Origin: Macrostomum lignano
Lineage: Eukaryota
NCBI GenBank assembly: GCA_002269645.1
Contig: NIVC01002469.1
Location: 1-61,134 of the forward strand
Direction: 5' to 3'
Length of the DNA: 61,134 nucleotides
Part shown: positions 24,520-36,095 of the stretch, piece by piece
How the letters are laid out: the number at the start of each line of letters is the position of its first letter
How positions within the stretch are numbered: the stretch's first letter is position 1
Translations under genes and position numbers: made by a program
Notes under the pieces: generated by a model
The model's database searches: none
Told to the model about the DNA's origin: nothing
Seen by the model: only the letters and a program-made list of their open reading frames with translations

Positions 24520-24935
24520 ATTTTTCTTGGACCAGAACCCATGTGACCCGAAGGCTGCATGAGCTGCCTGCGTTTATATGTCTTCTGCTTTTGTTTGAAG
24601 GAAGCCCTTGAAGACAGGCAGCTACAGCTTGGGCTAAGAATTGCTGCTTCTAGGAAGAGCCTCCTCAGCAAGTGCTCCATCACAGCTTGTCAATTCGCTG
24701 TTTGCCATGGCGCCCCCCTGGCCCGCCAGTCCTCAACTCGCATTATCCCATTTGTTCCCCGAGTATTAGAAATGCCTGGGAAGCGACCTCGCTGCCACCT
24801 GCGCCGCGCCGCTTTGGCAAGGCAGTCGGGGATGGGAGGCAGCTCAGCTGAGCTGCTTGGATCGGGCCCTGCCGGCAGGCTATCAGGCGGCCTGCATGCC
24901 GGTTGAGGTCGGGGCGCCCAACTGGCTTATCTCAG

Positions 24936-25319
24936 TTTTCCACGCGCCCCCACCGACGATAAAAGAAGCCCCCCAGAATCCGCCTTCCTCATCAATTGCC
25001 GCCGCTGCCTCTCGCACAATTCAAGGCAGCCTGTCGGGTGTCGGATCGGCCGAGTCGGACAGCTCGCCGGCTTCTCGACGTTCAACGGACTTCAATCGGC
25101 AGCCGTCGCAGAACAGCCAGCAGCAGCAGCAGCTGGAGGATCCGCAGCAGCAGCCTCTGACCTACCGCCTGTTCAACAAGATGCGGCCCCGGAGATTCAA
25201 GGACAGCCCGCCGGCCGCCGCCGCTGCCGACGCAGGCTCCGACTCAGGCGCCGACGGTGCGCCCGCCGAAGCTGTCGGGTCAGAAGACGCCGGCCTGGCG
25301 CGGTCGGAAGAGGCGCCGG
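24936..25319 (+). CDS. Slp/SYTL-like exon, low-complexity linker
   Basis: CTCAG and GTGAGA sites, phases 1/1, open frame. Confidence 0.7.
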
Positions 25320-25544
25320 GTGAGAAGAGTCTTCGACTATTTACTGCGATAGACGGGCGGTTTTATTTATGAGTTCGGAGCGATCTGATATGAGAGCGAT
25401 TCTGAGATTGCGAGGGAGACGGACGAGCGCTGCGCTCCCCAGCCTGAGATAAGACTAGCTGGGGGCATCTACTGCAGTATTTGCCATGCGATCAATTCTC
25501 CCAATCCTCTCCTCTATCCGCGCCGCCTCCTCTCCCTCGCGCAG

Positions 25545-25622
25545 ACATTGTGAGATTCCTGCTAGACCGCCAGGCCAAGTGCTGGCCCGACCCCGTCGGC
25601 AATGGTTCCGTGACGCATTTTG
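25545..25622 (+). CDS. Slp/SYTL-like exon (DIVRFLLDRQAKCWPDPVGNGSVTHF)
   Basis: Long pyrimidine tract plus GCAG, GTAAGC donor, phases 1/1. Confidence 0.7.
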
Positions 25623-25700
25623 GTAAGCGCGCTCTGGTGATCGGCCGAGTGCCTCTCACTCTCTGCCTCCAGAAAGCTTCAAATTCTGACAAACTCGCAG

Positions 25701-26118
25701 GCCACCCAATTTTCGAGCGGTCGCCATCCCGCGCCGCCCCTGTTGAGTCCGACCTCGCCCAAGCTTCATCACAGGCGGAGGCTGGAGCGGTGGAGCGGGC
25801 TACGACGTTGCGGACTCTGCAGACGGAACCCCGGCCAGTGGTCGCAGCGCACAACCTCGACAGCGGCGGCTGCAATGTCGCTGTGTCGCCTCGTGCGGTG
25901 TCGCCCTGTCTGTCGACAGCGGCGGCAGCAGCAGCGACGGCGTCACCGGTGGCCAGCGACTCCGGCCGGCGGACCGAAGTCTGCGAGGAAGACGACGAAG
26001 GTTGCGGTGCGGTGAAACTGGCGCTGGACTTCAACTTCAAGACGTCCGCCTTCGCTGTGCACATCATCGAGTGCCGGGACCTGCCGGCTGCCGATGCCCG
26101 CCGCGGGCGCACCGATTG
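25701..26118 (+). CDS. Slp/SYTL-like exon including start of C2A (GAVKLALDFNFKTSAFAVHIIECRDLPAAD..RTD)
   Basis: C2 beta-strand pattern; GCAG and GTGAGT sites. Confidence 0.85.
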
Positions 26119-26570
26119 GTGAGTGCCGAAGGGGGCGGATTGGTGAGTGCCGAGGGAAGCGGATTAGTGAGTGCCGAGGGGGCGGATTGGTGAGTGCCGA
26201 GGGGGCGGATTGGTGAGTGCCGAGGGGGCGGATTGGTGAGTGCCGAGGGGGCGGATTGATGAGTGCCGAGGGGGCGGATTGGTGAGTGCCGAGGGGGCGG
26301 ATTGGTGAGTGCCGAGGGGGCGGATTGGTGAGTGCCGAGGGGGCGGATTGTTGAGTGCCGAGGGGGCGGATTGGTGAGTGCCGAGGGGGCGGATTGGTGA
26401 GTGCCGAGGGGGCGGATTGGTGAGTGCCGAGGGGGCGGATTGGTGAGTGCCGAGGGGGCGGATTGGTGAGTGCCGAGGGGGCGGATTAGTGAGTGCCGAG
26501 AGGGCGGATTGGTGAGTGCCGAGGGGGCGGATTGGTGAGTGCCGAGAGGGCAGATTGGTGAGTGCCGATG
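26113..26570 (+). repeat. 23-bp minisatellite GAGGGGGCGGATTGGTGAGTGCC, ~20 units, each carrying a 5' splice-site copy
   Basis: Direct; first unit overlaps the real donor. Confidence 0.95.
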
Positions 26571-26630
26571 TGATTGCTGGCGAGGTGTTCACGTGGCTGA
26601 TCACGTGACTTCTGGCTGCCCTGCCCACAG

Positions 26631-26733
26631 CTACGTGAAGACCTGCCTGCTGCCGGACCAAACGCGCGGCGCGAAGCGTCGCACAAAGGTGAAGAAGAAT
26701 TCGCTGTGCCCCATCTTCGATGAGAAGCTGAAG
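26631..26733 (+). CDS. Slp/SYTL-like exon, C2A (YVKTCLLPDQTRGAKRRTKVKKNSLCPIFDEKLK)
   Basis: Closely resembles Slp C2A YVKTYLLPDKSR..KRKT....T.NP.YDE.L; canonical sites. Confidence 0.93.
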
Positions 26734-26849
26734 GTAAAGAGCTTATTTCCATTTCAAACCAGAAATGCCTGTACAGTGCAATTTCAGCCTGGTTAGGGAG
26801 TTCCGATACATAGTTTGGTCTTTTGGGTTTGACTTCACCTAAAACCCAA

Positions 26850-27382
26850 AACCACCCCAACCAATTAGCTACCCCAGTCAATTAGCCACCCCAACCAATT
26901 AGCCAACCCCAACCAATTAGCCACCCCAACCAATTAGCCACCCCAGTCACCCAGCCACCCCAACCAATTAGCCACCCCAGTCACCCAGCCACCCAAACCA
27001 ATCAGCCACCCCAGTCACCCAGCCACCCCAACCAATCAGCCACCCCAGTCACCCAGCCACCCCAACCAATCAGCCACCCCAGTCACCCAGCCACCCCAAC
27101 CAATCAGCCACCCCAGTCACCCAGCCACCCCAACCAATCAGCCACCCCAGTCACCCAGCCACCCCAACCAATCAGCCACCCCAGTCACCCAGCCACCCCA
27201 ACCAATCAGCCACCCCAGTCACCCAGCCACCCCAACCAATCAGCCACCCCAGTCACCCAGCCACCCCAGTCACCCAGCCACCCCAACCAATCAGCCACCC
27301 CAACCAATTAGCCACCCCAGTCACCCAGCCACCCCAACCAATCAGCCACCCCAGTCACCCAGCCACTCCACCCCCACCCCAG
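26850..27382 (+). repeat. ~35-bp C-rich minisatellite (CCAACCAATCAGCCACCCCAGTCACCCAGCCACC) ending at the exon acceptor
   Basis: Direct. Confidence 0.93.
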
Positions 27383-27759
27383 TACCGGATCAGCGCGCCG
27401 GACCTGGAGACCAGGAAGCTGCGAGTGTCGGCCTGGCACAGCTCGGCACTGCTGCAGCCGGACCGGCCTCTTGGCGAGCTGGAGATTTCTCTCACCTCCG
27501 CGCAGCTCGACTGCCGCGAGGCGCGCTGGTTCCGCTTTCGGGCTCCCGCTGAGCCGGCCGCCTCCAAGCTGCAGCTGGCGCACCGGAAGTACATCGGCGA
27601 GTTGACGCTGTCGCTGAAGTACGTCACTGCCGGCAGCGTCAGCATCACCGACATCCGGCAGGTGGCCAGCCGCGGCGAGCTGCGCGTCTGGATCAAGGAG
27701 GCCCGCAACCTCGCGTCCGGGCGGCTGGGGGCGGTGGCAGCGGATCCCTACGTGAAGCT
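27383..27759 (+). CDS. Slp/SYTL-like exon, end of C2A and start of C2B (YRISAPDLETRKLRVSAWH...GELRVWIKEARNL...DPYVK)
   Basis: Slp-type C2B motif GELxVWIKEA.NL; phases 0/2. Confidence 0.94.
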
Positions 27760-27819
27760 GTGAGCTGGAGCGGTGGCTTGGTTGACTGGGGGATTGCTAG
27801 TATCGGTGGGAAGATGGCG

Positions 27820-28235
27820 GATCAATGGATTATCGATAGTAGGCAGTGGATTATCGATAGAAGGCAGTGGATTATCGATAGTAAGCAGTGGATTATCGAT
27901 AGAAGGCAGTATATTGTCGATAGAAGACAGTGGATTGTCGATAGAAGGCAGTGGATTATCGATAGTAGGCAGTGGATTATTGATAGAAGGCAGTGGATTA
28001 TCGATAGAAGACAATGGATTGTCGATAGAAGACAGTGGATTATCGATAGAAGAAATTGGATTATCAATAGAAGACAATGTATTATCGATAGAAGGCAATG
28101 GATTATTGATAGAAGGCAATGGATTATGGATTGAAGACAGTGGATTATCGATAGAAGACATTAGATTATCGATAGAAGACGGTGGGTTATCGATAAAAGA
28201 CCATGGATTATTGATAGAAAGCAATGGATTACTGT
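27820..28235. repeat. 21-bp minisatellite GTGGATTATCGATAGAAGGCA
   Basis: Direct. Confidence 0.94.
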
Positions 28236-28309
28236 GGACTCTAATGGGTTACAGATGATGCATTCTGTATTCAATGGCATGCAGTTTAGCAACCCGCCGC
28301 ACCCCGCAG

Positions 28310-28548
28310 CTGCCTGCTCCCCGTCCCCGGACAGCCCGGCGGCTTGGCCAGCAAGCTGCGAACTCCGCCGGTTCGCCGGTCCTGCAGCCCGGTCTGGAAT
28401 CTGGTGCTGAAGTTTGAGAATGTCTCAGTCGCTGAACTGCACTCCCGCCGACTGGAGTTGACGGTGTGGGACAAGTACCGACTGGTGCCGGGAACAAAGA
28501 CCTGCCTGGGCTGCGTGCTGCTGCAGTGCGACCACGACGGGGCTCTGG
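28310..28548 (+). CDS. Slp/SYTL-like exon, C2B (..KLRTPPVRRSCSPVWN..F..V...EL....LELTVWD)
   Basis: C2B motifs; GCAG and GTGAGC sites. Confidence 0.93.
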
Positions 28549-28611
28549 GTGAGCGGCGGGGTGGCAGCTAGCTGTGTATGATAGTGGAGGGTTCGACTAA
28601 TATGAGATGCT

Positions 28612-28890
28612 GGGGGTGGCAGTCTAGTGGTTAGAGACTCGGACTCACGACTGGAAGGTCGGGGGTTCGATTCCCGACCCACTCGGAACAATTTGTGTCC
28701 TCGAGCAACACACTTAACTCTGCATTGCTTCAGTTCACCCAGCTGTAAAATGGGTGCGAGCATTAGCTGGGGTAATTGAGGGTGTGTGGCGACCCCCTGC
28801 AGCTCCTTGAACTGAACAGCCGTACGCAGTCTTCAGATGCGCCGCGCAATTTGTGCCCATTACGGCAGGTGTTACTCAGTAATCCATTTT
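28612..28890 (+). mobile_element. tRNA-derived CORE-type SINE, copy 1
   Basis: A box TGGCAGTCTAGTGG and B box GGTTCGATTCC, then TGTGTCCTCGAGCAACACACTTAAC...CAGCTGTAAAATGGG resembling the MIR CORE; second copy at ~50916-51504. Confidence 0.85.
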
Positions 28891-29093
28891 TATTATTACG
28901 AGGGTTGAAGAAGTTTCTGAACAATTGAATGGTTTATATCGCATTGGTTTATTATACGTGTATGAATGAAGTTTATCTCATTGGTTTAATTATAACATTA
29001 GCTTTATCCCACCCTGGATGGTTACCTACAACAAGTGATTTTAGGGACTGATTATGAGAAAGTACTAACCGCCCCCTCTCCCATACCGCGCAG

Positions 29094-29245
29094 CCTCATC
29101 CGCAGTCTCCTCGTCGCTGAGCCCGTCCCCAGCCCGCCAGTCGGCGGAGTCGCGCATGTGGCGCACCGTACTGCAGCGGCACAACGTCTGGATTGACGGC
29201 AACTTTCTGCTGCGTGAGCCGGCGCCCAGCTCGGACTGTCAGTGA
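29094..29245 (+). CDS. Slp/SYTL-like last exon (..ESRMWRTVLQRHNVWIDGNFLLREPAPSSDCQ*)
   Basis: Matches the Slp C-terminal W..M...P..W.E....LR pattern; in phase; TGA at 29243-45. Confidence 0.9.
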
Positions 29246-29844
29246 CGCTGGCGGCTGCGTAGTTGTTGCTAAAGGGCAGCCGGCAGTGCTATAAACCGGC
29301 TCAGCATACATTAGAGCTACTAATTATCCTGCCCGCGGAAATTCTTTCTTAAGCATTTCTCCATTGTAAAATTCGTTGCGTTGTCAAGCAATCCATATAG
29401 AAATATTCCCAATACACATTAAATCTGCTTTTGTAACATTTTCGGCCGTTATCTCAATTTCGCAAATAATTATTGTCAGAGTGCTTAACAATTTATTTAA
29501 ATTCCTACACATACTCGATATGTGCTACTTATTCTGCAGGGCAGTAGCAGTATGTGTACAAGAGGCTTTGAATCTGATAGTAATCATTGTTTTATCGATC
29601 GATAGGTAACTGTCACGCGTGTTGATGTGACGCATCTCGGTTGCTGGATTTAGGATAAACCAAAAATTGTCTGCTTTAAACTGGAGTTTTAACAAGAATT
29701 TTCAAATATAGAATAAATTATTATATCTCTGCCGTTACAAGTGCTGTGAAATTTTACATTGCACTACAGACAGAAAATCAATTCTAGGCTTATTTGTTAC
29801 TATTCTAATCAGGACTTTCAGTGAATCGATAACACAAATATAAC

Positions 29845-30217
29845 TGGATGGGCCACTCAGGCATGTATACGTGGTAAATCAGCTTTCTACTTTCAGTTCA
29901 GTAGCAAAGAAGAGTACATAAGCTATTATATAAAAATAAAGGCAGCTGGAATGATTTTAATAAGTTTAGACAGCTTCCTTATTGGTTCAGCAATAATGTA
30001 TATTAGCCACTCCACTGAAATCTACATGGCAGCTTAAGGCAATAAAAATTTGGGCAGTGTAGGGGGTATTGTGGAAAGGCGCGGTTGGAAGGTTTAAGCC
30101 GGGGGGTTAAGAGCCAATAAGTAAGCCTTGGCTTTAAAAATACATTAAAATGCTTCTGTTTAACTTACTACTGAACTGAAAGTAGCTTACATGAAAATGT
30201 GCTGAGTGGCCTATCTA
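29845..30217. mobile_element. MITE, TIR (TA)GATGGGCCACTC, copy 1
   Basis: 14-bp terminal inverted repeats with internal similarity to the inverted copy at 49104-49495. Confidence 0.8.
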
Positions 30218-30724
30218 GTAATTGTGTAAGTATCTGTGATCGATAAGAAACCACAAATTTAAGGACAAACAATATGAAATTGATTTTCCAGATGGCCAGC
30301 CAGCACGGCTTGGCACGGATTCAAAGAGCAAGCTTTAGCCGCCCAATTTAGCTTATTGTATTTCAGACATTGTATTATTGGTAACAGGCTAGAGCGGGAG
30401 CAAAACAATTCGCTATAAATTCAGTGCTAAGCGGTTTACAACAGCGGAACAGAAACATTAGTGAGACAGTGTAAGGAACGGCCAGACGAAACGTGAATAA
30501 AAATGGCAGAATTTCACTAGATTAGATTTTCTTACCTAAAGTTACAACAAAACAAGCGTCAGTTTCTATGCGTACAGATAGACTATAGTTCAATAAAATC
30601 TTGAATTATTGAAATAGCGGATACGATGCGGATTCACAACACATGGTCTAATTATTAGGCGTTAAACAGGAAATTAAGACCCGAAACCGAGAATCAGAGT
30701 TGCGAGTAAGTTTAGATCCCAGAT

Positions 30725-31155
30725 TCAGCGCTTGCCAGCCCCCGAGCCGGTGCTGAGCAGGGCCACAAAGCCAGACGAGAGCAGCATGGACAGCAGGTAA
30801 TTCACCAAATTCGAGCTGGAGCGCAGCAGAAAGAAGGACAGGAACACCACTAGCAGCAGGAAGATGACATTGTTGAAGAAGATTGAGAACGTGGTGGCTT
30901 CGTAGTCAGCAACTTCGTTCTTGCGCCACAGCAGCATGTCATCGCGCTCCTTCTTGCTGACCTTCTTGCCCTTGGGCGCCTCCTGGGTGAGCTCCTGGCT
31001 GATGGCGTCCTCGCGCACCTGGCTAATGCGGTGCTTAACCACAAATTTTACATTCTTGTAGGCGAAGGCGATCAGATAGGAGCAGCCGAGGACCACAGCA
31101 GCAAACAGAGGAGCATTCTGGTAGGGGTCCATCATGTGGATGCGCCAGAACAGCA
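30725..31155 (-). CDS. SSR3: Translocon-associated protein gamma, exon 2
   Basis: AFAYKNVKFV.KH and LW.KNEVADYEATTFSIF.NN motifs, near-identical to SSR3; CACAG acceptor, phase 1. Confidence 0.98.
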
Positions 31156-32035
31156 CTGTGGGGTTGGTGGGGGATGTGAACTTACATGCCTGACTTTAGA
31201 AGTAAACATATGCAATGTTATATAGGTCATAACTGATATTGGCCTTATTGGAGCAAATTAAAAAATGCATGGATATCCTATAGAGCATGCAAGTGTGCAA
31301 GAAAACTTTGATCCTGGGCCTGCAGCTATACAAGTCATAAGAACATATTTTTTAAAGTTATCTAAACTTTATTCAGTTTTTTGTTATTCTTCAAGCAATA
31401 GAAACAGGCTTTTATGCTATCTGGGTTTGAAGATTTTTCAAGTCAGAATTTAAACAAGTTAATTGACAAGCTATAGAGCCTGTTCTACAATATGCTCTAT
31501 GATATAAAAAATATAAATGGAATATTTGAAAATTCAAGTTAGATGCATTGTCACCTCTAAGGAAAAATCTGCAGTGAAGAATGCCCATTCTGCCTTTCCA
31601 GTATTGAGAATATAGAACACTTTATCTGTAAATGCCTTTATTCAGGATAGGCTTATCTACCTTTGCCCAAACCTGGACCTTTGACATTTTTAGGCCCAAG
31701 AATCTCTACCAGCTTGTCCACTACCTAAAGGCTACCAGGAAAGCAACAATCTATTTCCTAGACTCCTTGATAGGGGACTGCACTATAGACACTGGCACTA
31801 CTAAAACTCTATATAACATTGCAGCACTAGCTACTCATGGTTGCCAGGGCTTAGCAAAATGGGCAACAATGTCTCCTTGCTATTTCTAGATATACAAAGT
31901 CCCCTATACTATAGCTAAGTCAACAGTTTTGTCAAAAATGTTCTTGCCAATATAAATTAGAGATTACAATATGTCATAATTATGTGCCAAGTGCATTTGC
32001 AACCCTTTGTATATATTGTAACTATGTGATAAGTG

Positions 32036-32676
32036 GGATTACAGTCATTTCGGTGACAGTCCTTTTGGTGACAAGCAAAAGTCATTTCGGTGACAAGAAA
32101 AATACAATTTTAGTTATAGCCGTTCTGTTTTTAAACAGAAAATTACTTAGAAAATCTTAAGGGATATTGAGCCTAAAATTTTATATTTTTTTAAACAGTA
32201 AAGTATTTCTGTATTTAATTTTGTTTATTTACAATTACAGAGTTGCGGTCTTTTGAATTATGTTTTCCAATTTAAACATGCAAAAGCATTGACAAATGAA
32301 TATCTCCGCCTTTCTCGTGGTCTGCATTTCATGAGGATTCTCTCTAGGTTTATGGTTTATGTGTCTGAACACTCTGGGACAATTCAAAATGATCTGCACA
32401 GGAAGAAAACAATATAATTAGTTTGCTTTCTTTTTTTAAATATATTCTTTCGACGAAAATTTTTAACTACATTATGAAACATAAATCTTAACAAAATAAC
32501 TACAACCGAATATTATGAAACGCCTCTTATCACTAAAATAACAATACTCATGAAATATTCGATTTTTCATTGAAAATGAAGTGTGTCTATCACAATTGCA
32601 ACTTGTCACCAAAATGACTATTTGTCACCGAAACGTCTGTCACTGAAATGTCTTGTCAGCGAAACAACTGGTACCC
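32036..32676. mobile_element. Foldback-like MITE with subterminal TTTCGGTGACA repeats, in SSR3 intron
   Basis: Inverted arrays of TTTCGGTGACA/TGTCACCGAAA at both ends; 8-bp flanks GATAAGTG and AATAAGTG (7/8). Confidence 0.75.
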
Positions 32677-32909
32677 AATAAGTGCATGTAAGACTCTTTA
32701 TATATGGCAAAATCCAAAAATGTGGGATAAAATGGTAAAACAATTTTGTGGACATTTGATAGAAGGTAATGTATCTAAAAAAGTTTTTTGAAAGATAGAT
32801 AAGACTTTAAAAACAGTTCTGAATAAAAACTATTGTTTTAATGCTTTACATCACTGAATAAATAAGTAAAAAACACAAAAAGCCAAGTCTGAGTTGCAAT
32901 GCAACTATA

Positions 32910-33600
32910 TCTCTACCTATAAAAATCAAAACTCTGTCTGTCTGTCTGTCTGTCTGTCTGTGGACAAATTACTTCGCTATGGACTCCCAAACCGCTCAAC
33001 CAAATTACACCAAACTTTACACCGACCCTAAACTTACTACGGAGAATGTCTTAGGCTACCTTTAAATTTCCTAGACTCAAGTCTTCCTACCTAAAAGTAC
33101 AAAAAACTGCTCAAAATGCGCGATTTTTTCACTTAATCCTCCATAGCGCCGCTCCACTTCTACCAATTCTCTTCAAATTTGACACAGACAATCTTCAACT
33201 ATTTTGGCACAATCGTGTAAAATTTCAAATCTCAAAGTTAATTCTGAAAGCCGCTGTGCACTTTTAAAGTTAGGCTGTTTTTTTTCAGCGTAGCAACCAC
33301 CCCAACCTCTGCCCACCTGCCTCTCTTTCCCGATCTGGGCAAAGGGTGTGAGTAGGTTTCAAAATGCCTAACTTTCGGCTGCCATAGTTTTGCTCCACGT
33401 GAAGCGATTGACTTCAAATTTGACACAATTCTTTATTGACTCATTCTCTGCCTACATGTAAAGTCTCAACTCTGTATCTCAATCAGGACAGAAACTGTAA
33501 GCATGTGAATTTTGTCTGCTTTTTCTGTTGTTTGTGCCTCTCACTCACTCATTCCCCCAGCCCAGACGAAGGGTCAGGCGATAGGGCTCAATGTACTTAG
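32910..33600 (+). mobile_element. Putative non-autonomous Helitron-like element with internal (CTGT)n
   Basis: A|TC start, TATAAAA then (TCTG)n then AAACCGCTCAACC..ACCAAACTT as in Lep1-type Helitrons; degenerate 3' hairpin GCCCAGACGAAGGGTCAGGC; terminal CTAG not intact. Confidence 0.45.
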
Positions 33601-34139
33601 CGAATGTACAGTGTTTTGAAATAACTTTTTAATAGCCTTCTCGGCACCCCGAGCGCGGAGAGGCGTGGAGAGGAGAGACAGTTTCAGCGAGATTCAAACC
33701 ACTGTCCTCTGTATAGACAAGTCTGCAGCCGTTTAACAGTGGATGGCAAATCAAGGCGATGTGGGATGGTTTGTATTGTAAAAATAGCGAAAAATTAATG
33801 AATAACTGATTAGTAGTGATTACAATGCAATCCTACTAAATTAGTTACACCATGAAAATTTTAACATCAAGATTTGCATAAGGTACTTTAAAATTTAAAT
33901 GGCTCCTAAGAAATACGTATTTCCTTGGTTGCTAGACTGCTGCAGACTGTGGTGGTGGAGCTGGGCTGGAGGGAGATACACAAATTCCTCGCTCTTAGGG
34001 CTGCTAATTGGCCAGAAATATGATGTGATTAAAGCATAACAACTATGAGAGTACTACGTTCCACAAACGCTTTCGAAGCGGGGATTGACAGACTTTAACC
34101 TCAAATGCCAGATAAAGAATCAAGCTCATGGCTGATGAG

Positions 34140-35490
34140 ATGAGAGTGAAAAGGAGAAGGAATAGACTATAAGAAGAGAGGAGAAGCGAGAGGAGGATAA
34201 GAGAAAAGATAAAAGACAAAAAGAGAGATGATGGGGTAAGGATAAGGAGTGAGCAGATAATATTGGAGTAAGAAGCGAGAGGAGGGGAGAGAGAAGAGAG
34301 AGGAAAGAGTAGAAGTGAGAAGAGGGAGAGAGAAGATGGGAGAGATGAGACAGGATCGATGACAGAGGAGAGCAGAGAAGAGTGAGAAGAGAGTAGAGAT
34401 GAGAGATGAAGGAGGAGAGAGCAGAGTGCAGAAAGGCGAGAGAAGAGAATAGAGGGGAGAGAGTATAGAAGAGAGAAGAGAAGAGGAGTAAGGAAAGAGA
34501 GTAATCAGAGGAGGGTAAAGAGAAGAGTACACTGAAGATTGGAGAGTACAGATGGCAGAAAAGAGAGGGGATGAGAGTGAACACGATATCTGAGAGGAGA
34601 GAGGAGAGAGGAGTCAGATGAGGGGAAAGAGAAGAGTACAGAGGAGAGAGGTGAGAACATACGAGTATACGAGAGTAAAGATGACAGATGAGAGAGGGAA
34701 GATAAGACTGAGAGAGCAAAGACGAGAGTGAACACACGAGAGATGGGAGAGTAGAGAGAAAAGAGGATAGATAAGAAATAAGAGATGAGAGATGAAAGGT
34801 GAGACAAAGGGAGAGAGAGAGAGAGAGAAGTGAGTGAGGAAAGAGGAGGGGAGGGGAGAGAATCAAGAGGACAGGGGAAAGAGGGGAAAGGATGAGAGAG
34901 GGGTGAGGAGAGAGAGGGAGAGATAGAGGTAGAGAGCATGCAGAGAGAAATGAGAAGAGATAAGAGATAAAAGATAAAAGAAGAGAAAGGAGAGATAGAT
35001 AAGAGAGCAAAGACGAAAGAGGAGAGGTGAAGGAAGAGACGATAGAAGAGAGGAGAGAGAGACGAGAGAGTACAGAGTACAGAGGAGGGAGGAGAGGAGA
35101 AAGGAGAGAGGAGAAGTGTTCGGAGAGGGTAGAGTAAGGAGTGAGAAGAGGGGAGAGGGAAGAGAGAATAGAGAGTAGAGAGCAGAGAGAAGATAGTAGA
35201 GAGCAGAGAGAAGATAGTGCAGATCGAGCAGAGGGAAGATAGAGTAGAGAGCAGAGAGAAGAGAGAGTAGAGAGCAAAGAGAAAATAGAGTAGAGAGGAG
35301 AGAGTAGAGAGCAGAGAGAAGATAGAATAGAGAGCAGAGAGAAATGGGAAGAGATAAAACAGGAGAAAGGGAGAGATAAGAGAGCAGAGACGAGAGAGGA
35401 GAGGAGAGAAAATAATAAGAGGGAATAGACGAGAGAAGAGGGGATAGAGGAGAGAGAGAAGAGAGAAAACAGAAGAGAAGATAGAGATAG
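34140..35490. repeat. AG-rich low-complexity purine tract in SSR3 intron
   Basis: Direct; source of L/S-rich spurious ORFs. Confidence 0.93.
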
Positions 35491-36095
35491 AAGTTTCTAA
35501 GGATCCAACTTCAAAGGGACACAAGGAGAGGCAGAGGCCATGAGTTTGCCTGACATTCTGTGCAGCACCCCAACCAACAATATTAATGTTTGCTTCAAAT
35601 ACTAATTGTACATGAATGTACTCTATTTTATGTTTAACTCTATCCTAAATTCCTAACTATTAAAAAGTTTTTGTTTAAGTATGGGCTCAGATTTCAGAAT
35701 ACATGCAAAAATAGTTCTGGGGGTTGGAATTCCCCGGGTTCAAATTCCGCGGGTTTCAACAGCTTGTAGAATATATAACAGACTAGAAAAAATACTTTGA
35801 AATATGATATGATATAGAAACTTTTTTGTTATAGATATACTTGAAATTTTGACAAAATTCTCACTGTTTTTACTTTTTCAACAATTTAGCTTTACTGCTC
35901 CTAGTAAAAAATAACTTTTAATACTAATAATAGTCACATCATAATGTCCATTATAATTTAAATTATTATAATTATATGAATAAATGCAGTTTAACATTCA
36001 AAATGCTTTGATGTTTCGATTAATTGAGCAAAACCCAATAATAAGATAATAATAACTCTAACTTGTAAATCTAAACAAAACTAACTGCAACTTAC

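Noticed and set aside
28612-28685. tRNA gene
   Set aside because: The tRNA-like head lacks a paired acceptor stem and continues into a CORE body; it is a SINE.
31632-31889. 85-aa ORF with faint resemblance to a LINE C-terminus
   Set aside because: No RT or endonuclease motifs; too weak to call.
34126-35524. L/S-rich 339-383 aa ORFs that look like membrane proteins
   Set aside because: Antisense translation of an AG-rich low-complexity tract inside the SSR3 intron.
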